Assembly: GCA_965153355.1 (NCBI GenBank) | Contig: OZ231126.1 | Span: 10,106,001 to 10,170,000 of the forward strand | Source of the DNA: Flaccisagitta enflata | Taxonomy: Eukaryota | Direction of reading: 5' to 3' | DNA: 64,000 bases | Part shown: piece by piece, positions 41,301-55,905 of the stretch | Numbering within the stretch: position 1 is the first letter of the stretch | How the letters are laid out: each line of letters begins with the position of its first letter | Made by a program: the position numbers and the translations under genes | Notes under the pieces: generated by a model | The model's database searches: none | Told to the model about the DNA's origin: nothing | What the model saw: only the letters and a program-made list of their open reading frames with translations

Positions 41301-43384
41301 GGCGCAACGACTATTGGATTCTGTATTATGGTTTATGAAGGAAAAAACCGCCATGATGACGATTGATTTTCAGTATGAAGCGAATCGTCAGCCAAAAAAC
41401 GAGCGATCTCAGGCTGGCCTCCTTTAACGGCAAACGCAATGCGTAATGAAGTAGCTTAGGCCATTTATCATCGGCGTGTATCCTGTCGTCTTTCTGCAGG
41501 TGAAGCATCAACGATGTATACTAAACTACTCCAGTGCAGCAGCGCCTATTATACCGGATGATAAACATGAATTCATAGTCCCTTTCTGATCTTTAGAAAA
41601 TGAGGGCATGAGAAAGGAACTACATAAAACGTCAATCGAAGTACTGATGAAGACGTCAATCGCGTCGTGTGCTCCAATCAGAAATATAAGCTACAGTGAG
41701 ACCCATAAATCAATCCCATTGGCACAATTTTCACGTTTACCTTCAGGATCACTGCTAGAGATGAAATGCATTAAAACTACCATTTAGAACCTCAAAATGT
41801 TGTGTAGGAGACCTTGAGGCTGGTGTTACTTGTATGTTGCAGAGCACAGAAAGGCTGGCACAAATTTGGGAAATCATTCATGTGAAAATTATTAATCTCT
41901 CTGAATGCAAAAATTTCATTTCTAAGAACAGCCCTTTCTTATGTTACACAGAACAGGGCCATATTCTAAGAAATGCAAATTTCTGAACAGTGAAGCTTCA
42001 TAAGCTGGAGTGAAAAGACTGGTACCTCTCTCAATTTTCCAACTGGTTTTGATCACATAAATGATTCTCAATGCTAATAGATAAATGATTTACACTGAAA
42101 ATATGATTTCTTTTCAAAAAATTGTGAATTCATTTTTTTATTTTTCTTCTAGAACATGATTTGACCGTAAAAACTGCCCCTTCGTGTACACCTTAACGTA
42201 TGCTTGTATTTCCACTTTAGAGAAAATAAAAAACAGTCAACCTCGTCACCTTTTCCTTTTTCTTGCCATTCGAGCGTTCCATTCCAGATAATGATCCTCT
42301 CATCATTTTCAGAGACGGAGGGATTAACGTTAGGAGGCGCGGCCCCAGGCGCCATCGATGACGGCGGCATCGTCGAGGGTATCGAGGAAACAGGTTGTTG
42401 CATCGGGGGCATATTGTTAGGATTAGATACGGATGTCGGAATTGAATTAGGGTTCATTGGTTGTCCCACGCCACCTGGCATATTGGGGTTCATCATGTTG
42501 GGGTTGTTGTAGGGATTCATCGGCGTTTGTTGGTAAGGTTGACTGTGTGGAGGTAAGGAGACGGGAACAGATGGCGTCACTGTCGTTATGGGCGGTTTGT
42601 TACCGGGGTACATGGGGTTGGCGGAGGAATTGATAGAGACGGCGGGAGCGTTGTCCATCGGCACGTTCGCTTTGGTTACAGTTGTATTCTTGGGTGGCTG
42701 GGGATCCGGACAACTCTTGAGAGGAATAGGCATAAAACTTTTAATAAAAGAAACATTGGAGGAAACGTTGTGAGCTTGTAAAACGAGATTTAACCTATCA
42801 TGAACCAACAGAACTTCATCACTTAACTGTGGAGAAGTGCCCAAATGTTTCTAGCTTCAGAGATGACTTACAGAAGTTTTTCTAGCTTCGCCTAGTTTCG
42901 ATTTGTCAGTGAACATCGCTGGTTTATTTTCATCATTTGACAGTTTATTTCATTTACACATACCTGAGGATTCTTTTCAACGGGTAAAGAAAAGCCTCTC
43001 AGCAAAACTAAGTGCCGTGGGTCCCAGGCAAAATCGCCGGAAACCTGTAGGAGCGATATCGAAAGAAGTCTAATCGAGATGAGCACTTGTGCATTGCTCG
43101 AGATGAGCACTTGTGCATTGCTCGCAGTTAAAATTTATGCCCTACCGGTTTCAAAGGACAAACTTACCTTGTCCGCTCCGCACGCGTGAAAGAGCTTATT
43201 CAGCTCGGGAATTCTTCTCGGAGAGAAAATGGAAAAATGAATTCCCCTTTCAGCCATTTTGACGACCAAATTGTCGGCCGTGAAACCGGGATAACGGAGC
43301 GAGTATTGGGACGGCGTCGCGTAAGGAGCCGAATTGCAAATCAAAATGCAATATTTATGCACTTTGCCTTGAACGCTGGATCCA
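38317..43384 (-). CDS. MED25: Mediator subunit 25, 3' part (end of VWA domain, ACID domain, G/P/Q-rich tail)
   Basis: Exons 43384-43168 (VHKYCILICNSAPY..GIHFSIFSPRRIPELNKLF), 43044-42964 (WDPRHLVLLRGFSLP), 42715-42242 (IIWNGTLEWQEK), a garbled exon at ~41500-41400 (DKWPKLL), 40269-40011 (GFSGCVHF..CDIKVLMLLYNKK..FIGFIPDDQKGFVNG) and 39116-38317. N-terminal exons are not readable. Confidence 0.92.
39505..39893. mobile_element. TA-flanked MITE related to 8606-9094
   Basis: TA|cacgcttttcattttata ... tataaaaagaaaagcgtg|TA; shares the gttctta motifs. Confidence 0.75.
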
Positions 43385-44421
43385 CTATATTCGGACGGGA
43401 GGGGGGAAGAGGAAGAGAGAAAGGGAGTAAAAGATATATGTACCATCATATATATCATCATGTATATCATCGACCCAGTAGAACTGAAGGAGTTACAGTT
43501 GACGACCATACATGTACACGGTGTGTAGGCGGTCATCGCGGTTATAATATAATTATAAGGCGACAACCCATGCCGTGAGTCTTGGTTGTGTAAAACGCTT
43601 GAGTGATACTACGGTTCCTTCCATTAAGTGAATGGCCAGATTGGGTGGGATAATGGGGTGAAAGATACTTATTACTCGTGGTGGTGGGATCCATGGCACT
43701 GTAGGTGAATAGGCAAGTGTAGAAAAGGAATAATCAGGCGCTAACACGGGCAGTAACCAGATTTTCAGAGATGACGATGGAACACAGAAGTGGATGTTGA
43801 ACAGTTTTCTGCATCATCGAAGATATGTCGAGACAGCAACAGCCCAACGCCCAGCCCACGCTTGCGTTTTTAAAAACCATTGTCTACATTGTAAAACTGC
43901 TGAAAATCAGGAATGCACGCTCACCATATGACGTATTAGAATGAGAATTTCGTTGCCTTAGTCGGTTCACGTTGTTAAGCTGAAGTCTATATGTCATACG
44001 AAATTGGTGAAGACTGTGGTCGTCTTTTCTTTCTCTTTGCGTGCGTCTAAAGCATTTGATGGTGGCAACTAAGCAGATATTATGTCGATGATGGAGTAAG
44101 TGATGACTGACTGAATGTTGAATGGGCGTGAATGGGTGGTGAATGAATGAATGGTAGTGAATGAATGTTTAACGAAATTGAAAAAGTGGTGACGAACGAA
44201 ATGAAAGATGGCCAAATATTGTGCGTACAACATGTGCGTGATGAACAACGGTGAGATCATTGGCATGTTAGTCTGGCCTTTATACATAAGGGCGTGCACA
44301 GCAGCTGCTGCCTCTGCACTGGTGCTGCTCATTCTTGTCATGCTCATGTCACATCAGCTCAGTGTGACTCAGCCACCACGTCAGTCTTCACTCATATCAG
44401 AGCGATGATTCATCTTAAAAT

Positions 44422-44800
44422 CACAGCAATCTGTAGTGACATTAATGCCCCGGGAATTCCCTGCAATTTCCCGTTATTCATATAAGTGAACCAGGCATAA
44501 TCTAAAAATGTCAGATGATCGAGCGATCTATTTCTAAACTAGGGCATATGCCCGTGCGTCCCCATTTGGTTTGTTCTTTCCGCGATAGAAAATGCGACAC
44601 AAGCCGCTGAAAAAGGGTTTACTGCAATTTTGGCGAACATTTTTGATTAAACAAAACTAAACTAAATCGGGCATATGCCCTGTTAAGTCTCGTTTAATCT
44701 TATAGTCATTTTTCCTTTAACTTTAGAGATAAACGGGCGTATTCAAATGCTTTTGCGGCGTTCGGTGCATTAATGTCGCTGTGCCACAGTTGCCTTTGTG
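44422..44800. mobile_element. Second, error-rich and inverted copy of the Transib-like MITE
   Basis: cacagcaatctgtagtgacattaatgccccgggaattcc ... gggcatatgccctgttaagtc ... gcattaatgtc..tttgtg; flanks aaaat and aaatg. Confidence 0.75.
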
Positions 44801-47800
44801 AAATGCTGCCGACAATCAGCAGCCGTGACCGGTCAAAACCGACGTTCATTCATGCACACAAATACATATGAGGAAAATATCATCGTACCCCTACATCGGC
44901 CCAAGCAAAATTACCTAAGCATCTCGTCGGAAATAGAATCGAATCCCGTAATGAAAACTCGGCGGCGTGGCTGCGTTCTTCCGATCGCTCGCCAGCGAAT
45001 CGCAGCCTCAAACCATGGCCCGACTTTCGTCGTCATCGTCGAAATCGCAGAACACGGAAGGCAACAGGCGTTGAACAAATGGCACCATGCTGCGGAAGAT
45101 TTAATACAAGACGAAAAGAATGATCCCGTATATGTGAGACTATCTCTCTCCTTCCTCTTTGCCTAATAACACGTCGCGTCGAGAACTTGCGAGCAAGAAA
45201 AGGATTAACCATAATTCCTGGAAAAAATGCGAATGGCGTTGTTCGCAATTAAACACGAAAATGAAGCCATCAGGTGACCTGGCGACCATGTTTAACATGT
45301 GTAATGCTACGCGATGTTTCAGCACCGCTGAAACATTAATCCCTGAAGAAGATGAGGAATCAAGGAAAAGAAGGAATGAAAAACCGCCGTGCCAGATATG
45401 TGTTTCGTATAATGAACGAAAAACGCATTTACCTGTGCAGTTGAGTTTAGTACGCAGTATTAATATTTCTGAAAGGCAAACCTCAAAATCAACATTTTGA
45501 TCAGTGAAATTCCACAATAAAAACAATGCAAATGGCAATTCAATAACTTTCAAGCACAATAACGATTACTCTTCGAAGAAGGCGTGTTGAAAATATCAGA
45601 GCATGGTAAACTGAACGAAGTGAGACAACCGTCAGATACAGCCTACTGCCCCATGAGGCGGATTCATCCATGTATTCTGCAATAATTGGATTCGCACCGC
45701 AATCACGCATCGAAAACGAGTACTGGGCCTTTTTAGTAACGATCGCCGAATAAACCGTAGAAGACTTAAGATTCCTGTGCAGGGATTTCATGGGCGCTGG
45801 GTGTCGGTGCTTGCGATCGCAACTGGCATGAACTGGAAAAATGCGACAGCTCATCAACAAGCTCCCGCTTACTGCGACGGCAAATCGATCGACCTGCAAA
45901 CAGTCGGAGACTCCTCGGAAAATAACAGGAAGAGTCACAATCCCGTCCCGTCCGGATGTGAAAAATACTGAATGGTCAGTAACGTCTGGCACCTGCCATG
46001 GTGGCGATGTTCGTGATCCATATGGTGCCGTTAATGTAACGGAAGTCGGGTGATGTAAACCGTTACGAAGTGTCGATGTGCGGGCTAAGTGGCGTTGAAT
46101 TCCCACGAAGAGCTTCCATTTGTGGCATCTGCACCGTCATCGAAAGTCGTAATGATGAGGAAGATGCCGCTGGTATTGTTATTCATCGCCGCGCCGCCGC
46201 CCTCAACGTCGTCAGCCAAGGATAACAATCGCTGCGTCTCTGGTTTCGGAAAAGGAAGAAAGAGATCAGCTGCGATACAACGGCGTATGCTGCGACATGT
46301 CTTAAGAAATGCAACCGCGTGACTCAACAGCAGGTCGGGCCTGCAGTGGACTTCTTGGGATCCCACTTTTAAAAGTGTCTGCTAATTCTGGTTTCGACAA
46401 TAAAAACTGCAAGCTGATACCACTGCTTGTCATCCGCAAACTTTTTTGGTGATTTTGGTCCCAGAATCGGACCACTCCCTAACACAATATGAGAATTCAC
46501 CAGAAACAGGCCAGTGTTACAAAATACTGCGTATTCTGGAAAAATTTGAATAATTTTTTATAACATATTTTAGATAGCAACAACATTTTCATATAGGAGC
46601 TGTGAATCATAACATGACATAAGAGTAAAATATTTCTGATAGTATTCTGCTGAGCACACCTCATTATTTCCATACGTATCTTTTAACTGTTTTCATATTT
46701 TCATCTTTGAGCATTCTCAACCTGAGCAGACGTGAGAACCTGGGTGGAATCTTGAGCTGCTGTTTGGTATATCGTGGATTACAACTTTGGTGATTTTCGA
46801 AGCAACTGATCAATGTCACAACCCCTTATACAAGATTTTATTAATCTGTGTGTGAAGCCTCGCCAGAATCGAGCATCAAAGCTCATTAAATAGTCATCAC
46901 CATCTTTGAAATCTTCAGTGCAAATTGTGATAGCTCGCAGTTAGCTCTTCAGCAAGCGATAGCAATAACCTCATAGACTGTAGTGAAAATGGTCGATTTG
47001 GCTATAGGAACGAAGCAAACAGAGCAAACAGATGATAGGCAAAACAGAGCGCCAGACACGGTACCAAATCTTTAACGAAGGTAAATACTACAAATGCCCA
47101 AATTTGAGGAAAATAAAGTCTTTCTAATGCTTGCCCGGGCACTTTGAAGTGGAAAATATTGTCATTTTACCTCAATGCTTTAGCAATTCATAAACATTCT
47201 CTTTCCTGTATTTTTGTGAATGCTATTTAGAATATCAGAAATGTGATATTGTCATGAAGTGTTGAATTTTTAACTGTCAATCTGATAATATTTATATAAT
47301 AAGCAAAATCATTTCTCTTTCAATGGTGTGCTATTCATCTTCCTCAACACGAGAGCAGCAGGGGAAGGCGGAGGGAGGCAATAGCTGGAAAAATGCGTGC
47401 TAATCATCCAGCTTTGCGTGTTAACCATTGTCCCAGCCATCAACGTTCTGCTCGACAAATTCCTTCATAGCAGTGTGATGGAGATAGCATTGAGAAAAAG
47501 GGCTGGGACGGCAGCCCTGTCTTGAAGCACGACAAAAAACTGAGCAACGCATTCTTCACTGTTTAAACTGTATTGAACAGAAGGCATTAGAGCACTATGT
47601 GAGCGATGAGAAACTACGGTGCAATAAACAAGACAAGTAATGGAAGTATATGATGAAACAAGATTACATTATTCTTTAAATCGTATATTATCCTGTATAA
47701 CAGCACGTATAGTAAATGTAGTCTGGGCTTGGAAATACGGAGGAATTCAATAAAGAAAACAAACCAAACTTTGCTAGAGACTGATATTAAAAATAATGAG

Positions 47801-50800
47801 GAATGAATATATATATATGCCTCGCTGATTAGAATCAGCATTCTACAGACAAGTACTTATATTAGGCATGACTATATATGATGTGTTGCAATATTTTTAT
47901 AGGACTAAAGAATGGTTAACAAATCATTTTCAACAATATTCTTTACAAAAAATCAGTCAAAATATTGACATTTGCTTCAGATACATGTGCAAATCATGGC
48001 CCAGCAGTGTGAGTAGACCAACCAAGCTGTGGGGCAGAACAGTAACCCACCAATATATTGAACTGATAAGTGTTCGACAGCTCAAACGCAAAGGTCTTTG
48101 TCACTATAACTGGCACCATTAGCATCAGAGGCAATAAAACATTTAACAAATATTGCAAGTATCAATCCCTTATTGTATTCCTTTATGATATTACCTTATT
48201 TCAATCTGAATAACATCACTGTTCTTATAAACCGTATTTCTTGCATTTATCGCCCCCTCATCGCGCTTGCCTGAGCAGCGGCTAAAATATAGGAACAGAG
48301 CAGGCTAACTTTGCCAAATCTGCTAATAAATTCTGAAAATATGGTACATTCTGTTTGATGAAATACTCAAGGGACAGCATTTAACGATTTTGTTTTACAG
48401 CACACTAGATACCATGCAATAAAGTCTTACTTTACATAATACAGTAGATATTTCTAGTTCACATTGTACTAAATTGCAATACTTACTGTGTCAATTGATG
48501 TGCTCTCAGGCGTGCTAGGTGTTCGTCACTTCAAATCTGAAATCTAATAGTGCTTGCTGTTTCCGTGAACAACTTCACAGATACCAGCTAGAACGGATAC
48601 ACAGCTACCTGATCACGTCTGTTAAAAGAATTAATCACCAGGTACATCTGTGCAGAACATATGCTCAAAAGCACAAAAGCCTGCATAAATGTGAAATAAA
48701 AAACGTAGATGATGTATTACTATTTTCTTGGGGTATGAGATTGATGTTGATATTAGTCGTGTTTTAATTTTCTCTCCCTCCTCCTCAAAGAATGGCGTGC
48801 CTTATTAAATCCCATAACAAAATTACTATAAAATCAATATTCAACTTTATGACCAGCCTAACATCACGCAGCACTTATCTAGAGTGACTTAAAATGATAA
48901 AGGACAAAAACAGCAAAGAGTAGAAGATATGTTCAATCGACAGCGAATGTTCAGTGGTTTAATAGCACAAAGAGTAAAGGTCTTATTCAATATTTTGTCT
49001 GTTCTAAGAAAAGTCTGACACAAATTTATTATACCTTTTACTGTGATTGAGAGAGGCGATGTTATGCAATTACAATGGTGAAACAGGCAAAATGCATGTT
49101 TGTACGCGGCAGGGCAGTCTGTAAGCCTGAGGGACCTTTAGTTGTTCAATCATGGTCGTCCCCTGCAGGCTCTGGGCCTGGGTCTGCCCTCTCCAGGCTA
49201 AAATCTGTCTCGTTGCCGCTTTCAAGCCTTAAATCTGCCCTTTGGGCGGTGACGCTCCCGACCAGCCTGTCCTCTTAGGCCCTAAAATCTGCCCCTCCCG
49301 GGCACAAGTCTGCCTCTCGGATGCTGGGCCTGGGAGGTGAATTTCGAGGCTGGAGGCAGGTTTGAGGCCTAGGCGGCAGGTTTCAGGCCTCGGGCCTGAG
49401 TGGCGGTGAGGTGGGCCAGGCAGTGGATGAATGAGGTGGACAGGCTGGGACCGACAGCTGGGATCAGATGGTGAGCATTGGCGGATGGACGAGGCGAAAA
49501 GTCTACCTGGACCGTCCCGGGCAGCTGCCTGCCATTCGATTTACAACCATGCAAAAGCAGCGGCGAATTATCATATTGCGTATTACCCTTTGGCAACATA
49601 TTCCTTTCGTGGATGAACGGTGAACGGACTGAGAGGAAGCCTCTTACAATCTTCACAAAAAGAATCTTTCCACCTGAAATCCAATCGAAACTTTGGAAGG
49701 CACTAAATGAATAGGTATAACAACAGATTGATCCCATTTGAAAAGATTTGTTGCTCATTAATATGAACCAATCTACAGTCAATAGCAGTCAGAGGCAGTA
49801 CGTTTAGGGTGATGCTGAATGAAAAGATTTTATTTGTGGTGTATAAGGTTGTGGTCGTGACATAGGCTGCTGAGTCTGGGAGCAGAAAGAAATTGAGATA
49901 TCACAACATGTGCCATCATAGATAACTAATGTAGTGATAAATACTGAGTAGGAAGTATAGATGATAGTCATGCTAATGGTCATGTTGTGAAAAAAATATA
50001 TACTATATTTGCCAAAACAATTTTGCTGTCTGTCAGTCTGCCTCATTGGGCAACAATGTCTCTCAGACTGAAAATCTCCATGGCCGAATGTGGCGCCAAA
50101 TGTGATCTTGAGACCATGACATGGGATGCAATATTGACGCCAGCAGGCATTGTATGTACCATCCACCTATACTATCAGCACCCATACTGAAAACATTTAA
50201 ACTGCACATTTGCACTTTTCCTTCATGTTATATGGAGGTAATATGAATAGAATAGCGGACGACGAATGGCCGATAGTTGGTACTAAATAGCTTCTGGAAG
50301 TTGCGTAATCTGCTAAAAAATAGCACTCGTAAGATTACGGAAACTCTTAAACATGTTTGTTATCATTTAGTTCAGGCTAAGACAACATGAATAACCGAAA
50401 AAAGCGATTTTACCGCCAGGAATGAATGGATAGACAACGATGAATGGCCTGGCGGACAGACGAACGAACAAATGCATAGACGAACAGGCTAAACCGGCAT
50501 TCAGATGTACGTAAAGAGTGTACGTATACAGACGTGCTGGATTCTTCGTGTTCAGAAAATAATTTGCATATTATGACATCACAGCAAACTGGAAGGAGTT
50601 TAAGTTCAATGTATCAGTTGTAACTGATACATTGTCTGCAGTTTTATCCGTTCTTTTATAGTATATGTATACCCAGTTTGTTCAGTTAGGCTAAGAAAAA
50701 CAAGCTCAAATCTGACTGAAAGTCAGCAACCCCAGAGTATGTGATATATATAGTAGTGAGACAGTAAGGTTGCTTTAAAGCTCCGTATATGCATACTTTG

Positions 50801-52988
50801 TTGGTGTGTCGGGGGTATCTGCTTACACTGCGACAAAACTGACAATGAATCAGAATATCTGTGTCTCCGAGTTTGCCATCTTCTTATGAAGAATGCTTCA
50901 TGATTTTTGAAAAACCGGGCTAAGGACAAATAGGTGCGCCGTGTAGATCGTGAAGCGTTTGCCTTTCCAACCAACCAACAAATGGACACATCCAATTATA
51001 GAGGTGCTTTGGCCTTTGGCGAAAAAAAGCTTGAAAACTACAGCCCACGTCGCATCATGGCCTATTATATTTGAGCTAATCGCATTAGTAATCGCGCAAG
51101 CGCGACTAAAAGAGACAATCTATTGATTTAACAGCCAGGCTACTCCATGAGACCCGGCTCAATCCAATCTCAAATCAGGCCTCAGAACAGCCCTTAGGCC
51201 TAAGAACAGCTCTTAGGCCTCATATAAACCTTCTCAGAGACTTTTTTCAGCCCTTTAAAGCGCAAGCGTCAAGTGAGGAATGAATGATTGAATTTCCCCC
51301 GTGTTCTCCAGGACCGTGTCCCTTTTGGAGCCGCTGCCCTGCATCTTCTCACTCAATTCCATAATTGAGCACATAATCTCTGAGCAACTGGTTCTCCTCT
51401 TGTGGGCAGCGGCCTCTAAGGGAAGTCTTTTATAAAGAAAAACTTTACTTTGTTAGTCCATCAGTCGGTTCATCCCCGACACGTGCCTCAAATGCCTCTT
51501 GTGCCCCAAATCAGCCCTCCCAGGCGGCCAGTCCTCAAATCTGCCCTCTCAGGCCCTAGATAAGCCCTCTCAAGACTCAAATTGGTCCCTCAAAGGATCG
51601 AATCTGCCCTCTCAAGCTTTATATCAGTCCTATCAGGCCTAAAATTAGTTCTCCCAGGCCTCCAACAAGTCGACCTAGGGCAATATGTGGTCAGCGATAC
51701 CCGTGGCTCAGCTTTACTTTGCGTGAATTGGAGTGGGAGGGAGCAGGGTATCTGCCCTAAAGAGGACAAAGTCCTGTAGAACACAGGGCGACTTTTGTTC
51801 GTTTGTCCATCCACATCCCCCTACCAGGTCTCACAGGCCTGAAATTCACCTCTCAGGCCTGAAATCCACCTCTCAGGCCTGAAGTATGCCATCTCAGGCC
51901 TTGAATCTAAGAGGGAAGATTTTCAGCCTGAGAGGGCAGATTTCAGGCCTGAGAGGGCCGATTTCAGGCCTAAGAGGGCAGATTTCAGGCAGGAACAAAT
52001 TTGGCTTATGAGCCTGGCGGCCTGAACTGGCTGGACAGGCAAATGAAAATCCCCATCTTCTACCTAATTTGTTTAACATAGCTGCTCTCCAGGCTCAGTC
52101 AATATCTCAGGCCCAAATCAGCACCATCTCAGAGGCAGCAATCAGCAGCCTTCTCGGTCTTATCATACTATCAATTCTCAGCAACCTCTTCCCTCCATCT
52201 AGGCACCAATCAGCTCTCTCAAACTGTTATCTTATAATGGACAAATGGAACAAGAACAATTGCCAGAATATGTGATCAGCGTCCCCAGCTACATGTTAGC
52301 TAGAACTGTGTGAGGAAGAAAATCTATATTTACAGGGGTTGCACTAGATTTGTCTACTGTTGATGGTATGCTATGTCTTGCGGGCAGTCTGAGGCTGCCA
52401 ATGCTGGGCGAGGCAGGTTTGGGCCATGGCTGACCAGCTAGGTGAGCCTGAGGCCAATTTGAACACAGTTGAGCAAGGCGGTTAAGGCCTGAGAAGGCAA
52501 TTTAGGTGCCGGGCGGGTGCAGGCCGTATAGTGAGCCAGACCTGTTGGCCTGAGCCAGGCTGAGGCTGGGTGCAGGCTTCAAGCTACGATTTGGGCTTGT
52601 CGGGAATACAAGCCTGAGCAATTTGGGCCTGATTTGGGCACTGTGGTTGTTGGGGGCCTGATGGGGGAAGAGGCAAGCAGACCGAACAAGCGGTTGGACA
52701 AACAGCGCTATTCTGCAGGACCGTCCCCGCCCAGGCATGCTCAAGCTATTCGTCTATGAATTGCGTATGATCAACCTTCACAGAAATGATTGAGTGAAGT
52801 GAGGCCTTTCCGGCTGTCTGTAAGTTACGGGCATTCATATTTATCAAATGGGATATCCTTCTCAATTTCTATGTTATCTGTAGGGTTTTTGCATCTTTAT
52901 CTGGCCTCATGTTACTTTCAATAGGATTTTAATATTTGAGCATTTTTGTCAATTTTCCATGTTATCAATAGGAGATTATTCCATTTTA

Positions 52989-53505
52989 GGCAGCGGCTTG
53001 GCCCCAAAGGGGACAAAGTCTGTAGAACACAGGGGACTTTTCCGTATGTTTGTTAGTCAGTCCATCCGTTTGTCCCCACCTGGCAGGCCTGAAATCTGCC
53101 CTCTCAGGCCTGAGTCTGCCCTTCAGCCTGGCTTCACTCTAAGGCAGCTAATGTGGTCTCAGGCTGTAGTCTCTGCCCTCTCAGGCTTGCGAATCTCGAT
53201 GTAGACAGTATCTGCTAATTTGAACCTCAAGCTGTAGACCCTCTCAGGTCTGAAATCTGCCCTCAGGGCCCAAATCTGGGAGGCAGGTTTCAGGCCTGAG
53301 GAGGTAGCTGAGAGGCTGGATTTGAGGCCTGAGAGGCTGGATTTGAGGCTGAAGAGGCTTGAGAAGCTTTGGAGGGGGGGGCGTACGGACGGACGTACGG
53401 ACGGACGTAAGGAAATTCACCCCTGTGTCCTACAGGACATCAAGGAGAAAATCCCCCATATGTGTGAAAGCATAGGTCATCGACCCCTTCGGGGCCGCTG
53501 CCCAA
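52989..53505. mobile_element. Interspersed repeat with GGCAGCGGC...GCCGCTGCC ends and an internal ~21-bp minisatellite (HINE-like family 2)
   Basis: ggcagcggc..ggggacaaagtc.tgtagaacacaggg, ctctcaggcctgaaatctgcc units, (GACG)n and terminal ggggccgctgcccaaaa. Related pieces at ~290-410, ~1440-1620, ~49190-49400 and ~51290-52000. Confidence 0.6.
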
Positions 53506-53835
53506 AAATGAAGTTTAGGAAATGAAATTAAACTAACAAAAATTAATCCTCCAGTTTTAGCCGGGTTTGCTCGGAAGGTACTGTAAGTTTGTTTCATATT
53601 TTACATGATGTGCAAATCTCATGGAAAAAGGCAGGAAAATGAAGATTTCTAGTCAAATTTAGATGACACTTTTTTCTGATTTCTGAGGTCGAAACTAAAA
53701 GAAATCCACACACAGGAAAATTTTGCATTTTCAAAAATGTATAATATGAGCTAAATCTCAATCTCTCGCTAAATGGATGAAAATTTTGCTTTCCAAGATG
53801 TTTGTGTCATCTCAATCACTTTTACTCACTTGTTT

Positions 53836-54033
53836 TTAGTCGCGTGCAACGCGACACTACATTCCGCTTTGTCCGTCGGTCGGTCGGTCGGTCGGTCGGT
53901 CGGTCGGTCGGTTGGTCCCCATTTTACTTTTTTTATGTTTTGGCCTCGCTGCACTTGCCCAAGTGCTTTAGTAACTCAAATACTGCCCCTGCCCACCCGC
54001 ACGCGACTAAGGTAGCCGTGTATCCGGCCTTGT
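53836..54033 (-). mobile_element. HINE-like repeat (copy of the 666-848 family)
   Basis: gtcgcgtgcaacgcgac hairpin, (GGTC)n, cccctgcccacccgcacgcgac and gccgtgtatccggccttgtt. Confidence 0.75.
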
Positions 54034-54299
54034 TTTTAGGTGCGCCATAGCACCTCTATAAGAGGCTCTGTCTTTCGGTTGGTCACGTCACGCTCGAGTT
54101 GAAAATCTCGAAAAGAAGCAAAAACCACTGGAAATGGTTCAGAAATATGCTAGGATGATTTCATAGCATCTCTATAAGAAGCTCTGTCCGTCCGTCCGTC
54201 CATCCGTCGGTCACGCTCGAATGAAAAATCGCTAAAAATGTTTGAAATCAATAGAAAACTCACTTTGTCCATCATAAATGATACTAATATATTATAAAT

Positions 54300-54890
54300 G
54301 AGATATATCATAAATGAAATCATATATATCATATATATCATCATATATATCATATATATCATATATATCATATGTATATATATCATATATCATATCATAT
54401 ATCATATTATATATCATATATCATATCATATATCATATCATATATCATATCATATATCATATCATATATCATATCATATATCATATATCATATCATATAT
54501 CATATCATATATCATATCATATATCATATATCATATATCATATATCATATCATATATCATATCATATATCATATCATATATCATATCATATATCATATCA
54601 TATATCATATCATATATCATATCATATCATATATCCTGTCATATATCCTGTGATATATCCTGACATATATCCTGTGATATATCCTGTCATATATCATATC
54701 ATATATCATATATCATATCATATCATATATCATATCATATATCATATATATCATATCATATATATCATATATATCATGTATATCATATATATCATATATA
54801 TCATATATATCATGTATATCATGTATATCATATATATCATATATATCATATATATCATATTTATCATATTTATCATAAATATCATAAATG
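54300..54890. repeat. (ATATC/ATATATC)n satellite
   Basis: Directly visible. Confidence 0.97.
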
Positions 54891-54914
54891 ATACTAACAT
54901 AATCAGCTACGGTT

Positions 54915-55253
54915 AGGTCTTATAGAGCTGGGGATAGGTCGGATAGGTCTGGTGATAGGTCGGATAGGTCTTAGGATAGGTCTGATAGAGCTGGGGATAG
55001 GTCTGATAGAGCTGGTGATAGGTCTGATAGAGCTTAGGAAAGGTCTGAAAGAGCTCGGGAGAGGCCTGATAGAGCTCGGGATAGGTCTTATAGAGCTAGG
55101 AATGGTCTGATAAAGCTAGGGATAGGTCTGATGGAGCTAGGGATAGCTATGGATTAATAATGCCCGGCGGGATAGGTCTGATAGAGCTAGGAATGGTCTG
55201 ATAGAGCTAGGAATGGTCTGATAGAGCTAGGGATAGGTCTGATGGAGCTAGGG
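54915..55253. repeat. ~20-bp minisatellite
   Basis: gataggtctgatagagct(g/a)g repeated. Confidence 0.9.
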
Positions 55254-55261
55254 ATAGCTAT

Positions 55262-55905
55262 TAGCTTGTACCTAAATGACTAAAAGCAATGAAATCAGAA
55301 TTCTACAAGTAGTTCTTGTCGTGGGGCTGTCTTGGGCTTCTAATGGTATCAATTTTGGTCTGAAAAATTTGCATCTTGCTGTCCGCGCCTTACCTTGAAT
55401 TTTCCTTCAGCCTATGGGAAACCAAAAATTTCAAAGTGCTTAAATCTCTGTTTTGACTGCAGATTTGAAATCTGCAGAAAAAACTGTTAATTGAAAGTAC
55501 TTTCCTTTTTTCAATATTCCTTCGGGATCATAGTCAAAATTCATCTTAAAAGTAATAAAAAAGGTAAGTTCGGCGATTTTACATATAAATAAAAGAGAAA
55601 GGTAAGTTTTGCAAACTTTGACACTTATTTTGAGCACCTTCTACTTGGAATATTGAAAAAAGGAAAGCACTTTCAATTAACAGTCTTTTCTGCAGATTTC
55701 AAATCTGCAGTCAAAACAGAGATTAAAGCACTTTGAAATTTTTGGTTTCCCATAGGCTGAAGGAAAATTCAAGGTAAGGCGCGGACAGCAAGATGCAATT
55801 TTTTCAGACCAAAAGTGATGTCATTGGAAGCCCATGACAGCCCCACAAAAAGAACTACTTGTGGAGTTCTGATTTTATTGTTTATTGTCATTTCGGTACA
55901 AGCTA
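55262..55905. mobile_element. hAT-like fold-back MITE with ~260-bp TIRs and 8-bp TSD
   Basis: ATAGCTAT at 55254-55261 and 55906-55913; ends tagcttgtacc and ggtacaagcta; arms complementary inward to ~55520 and ~55647. Confidence 0.85.
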
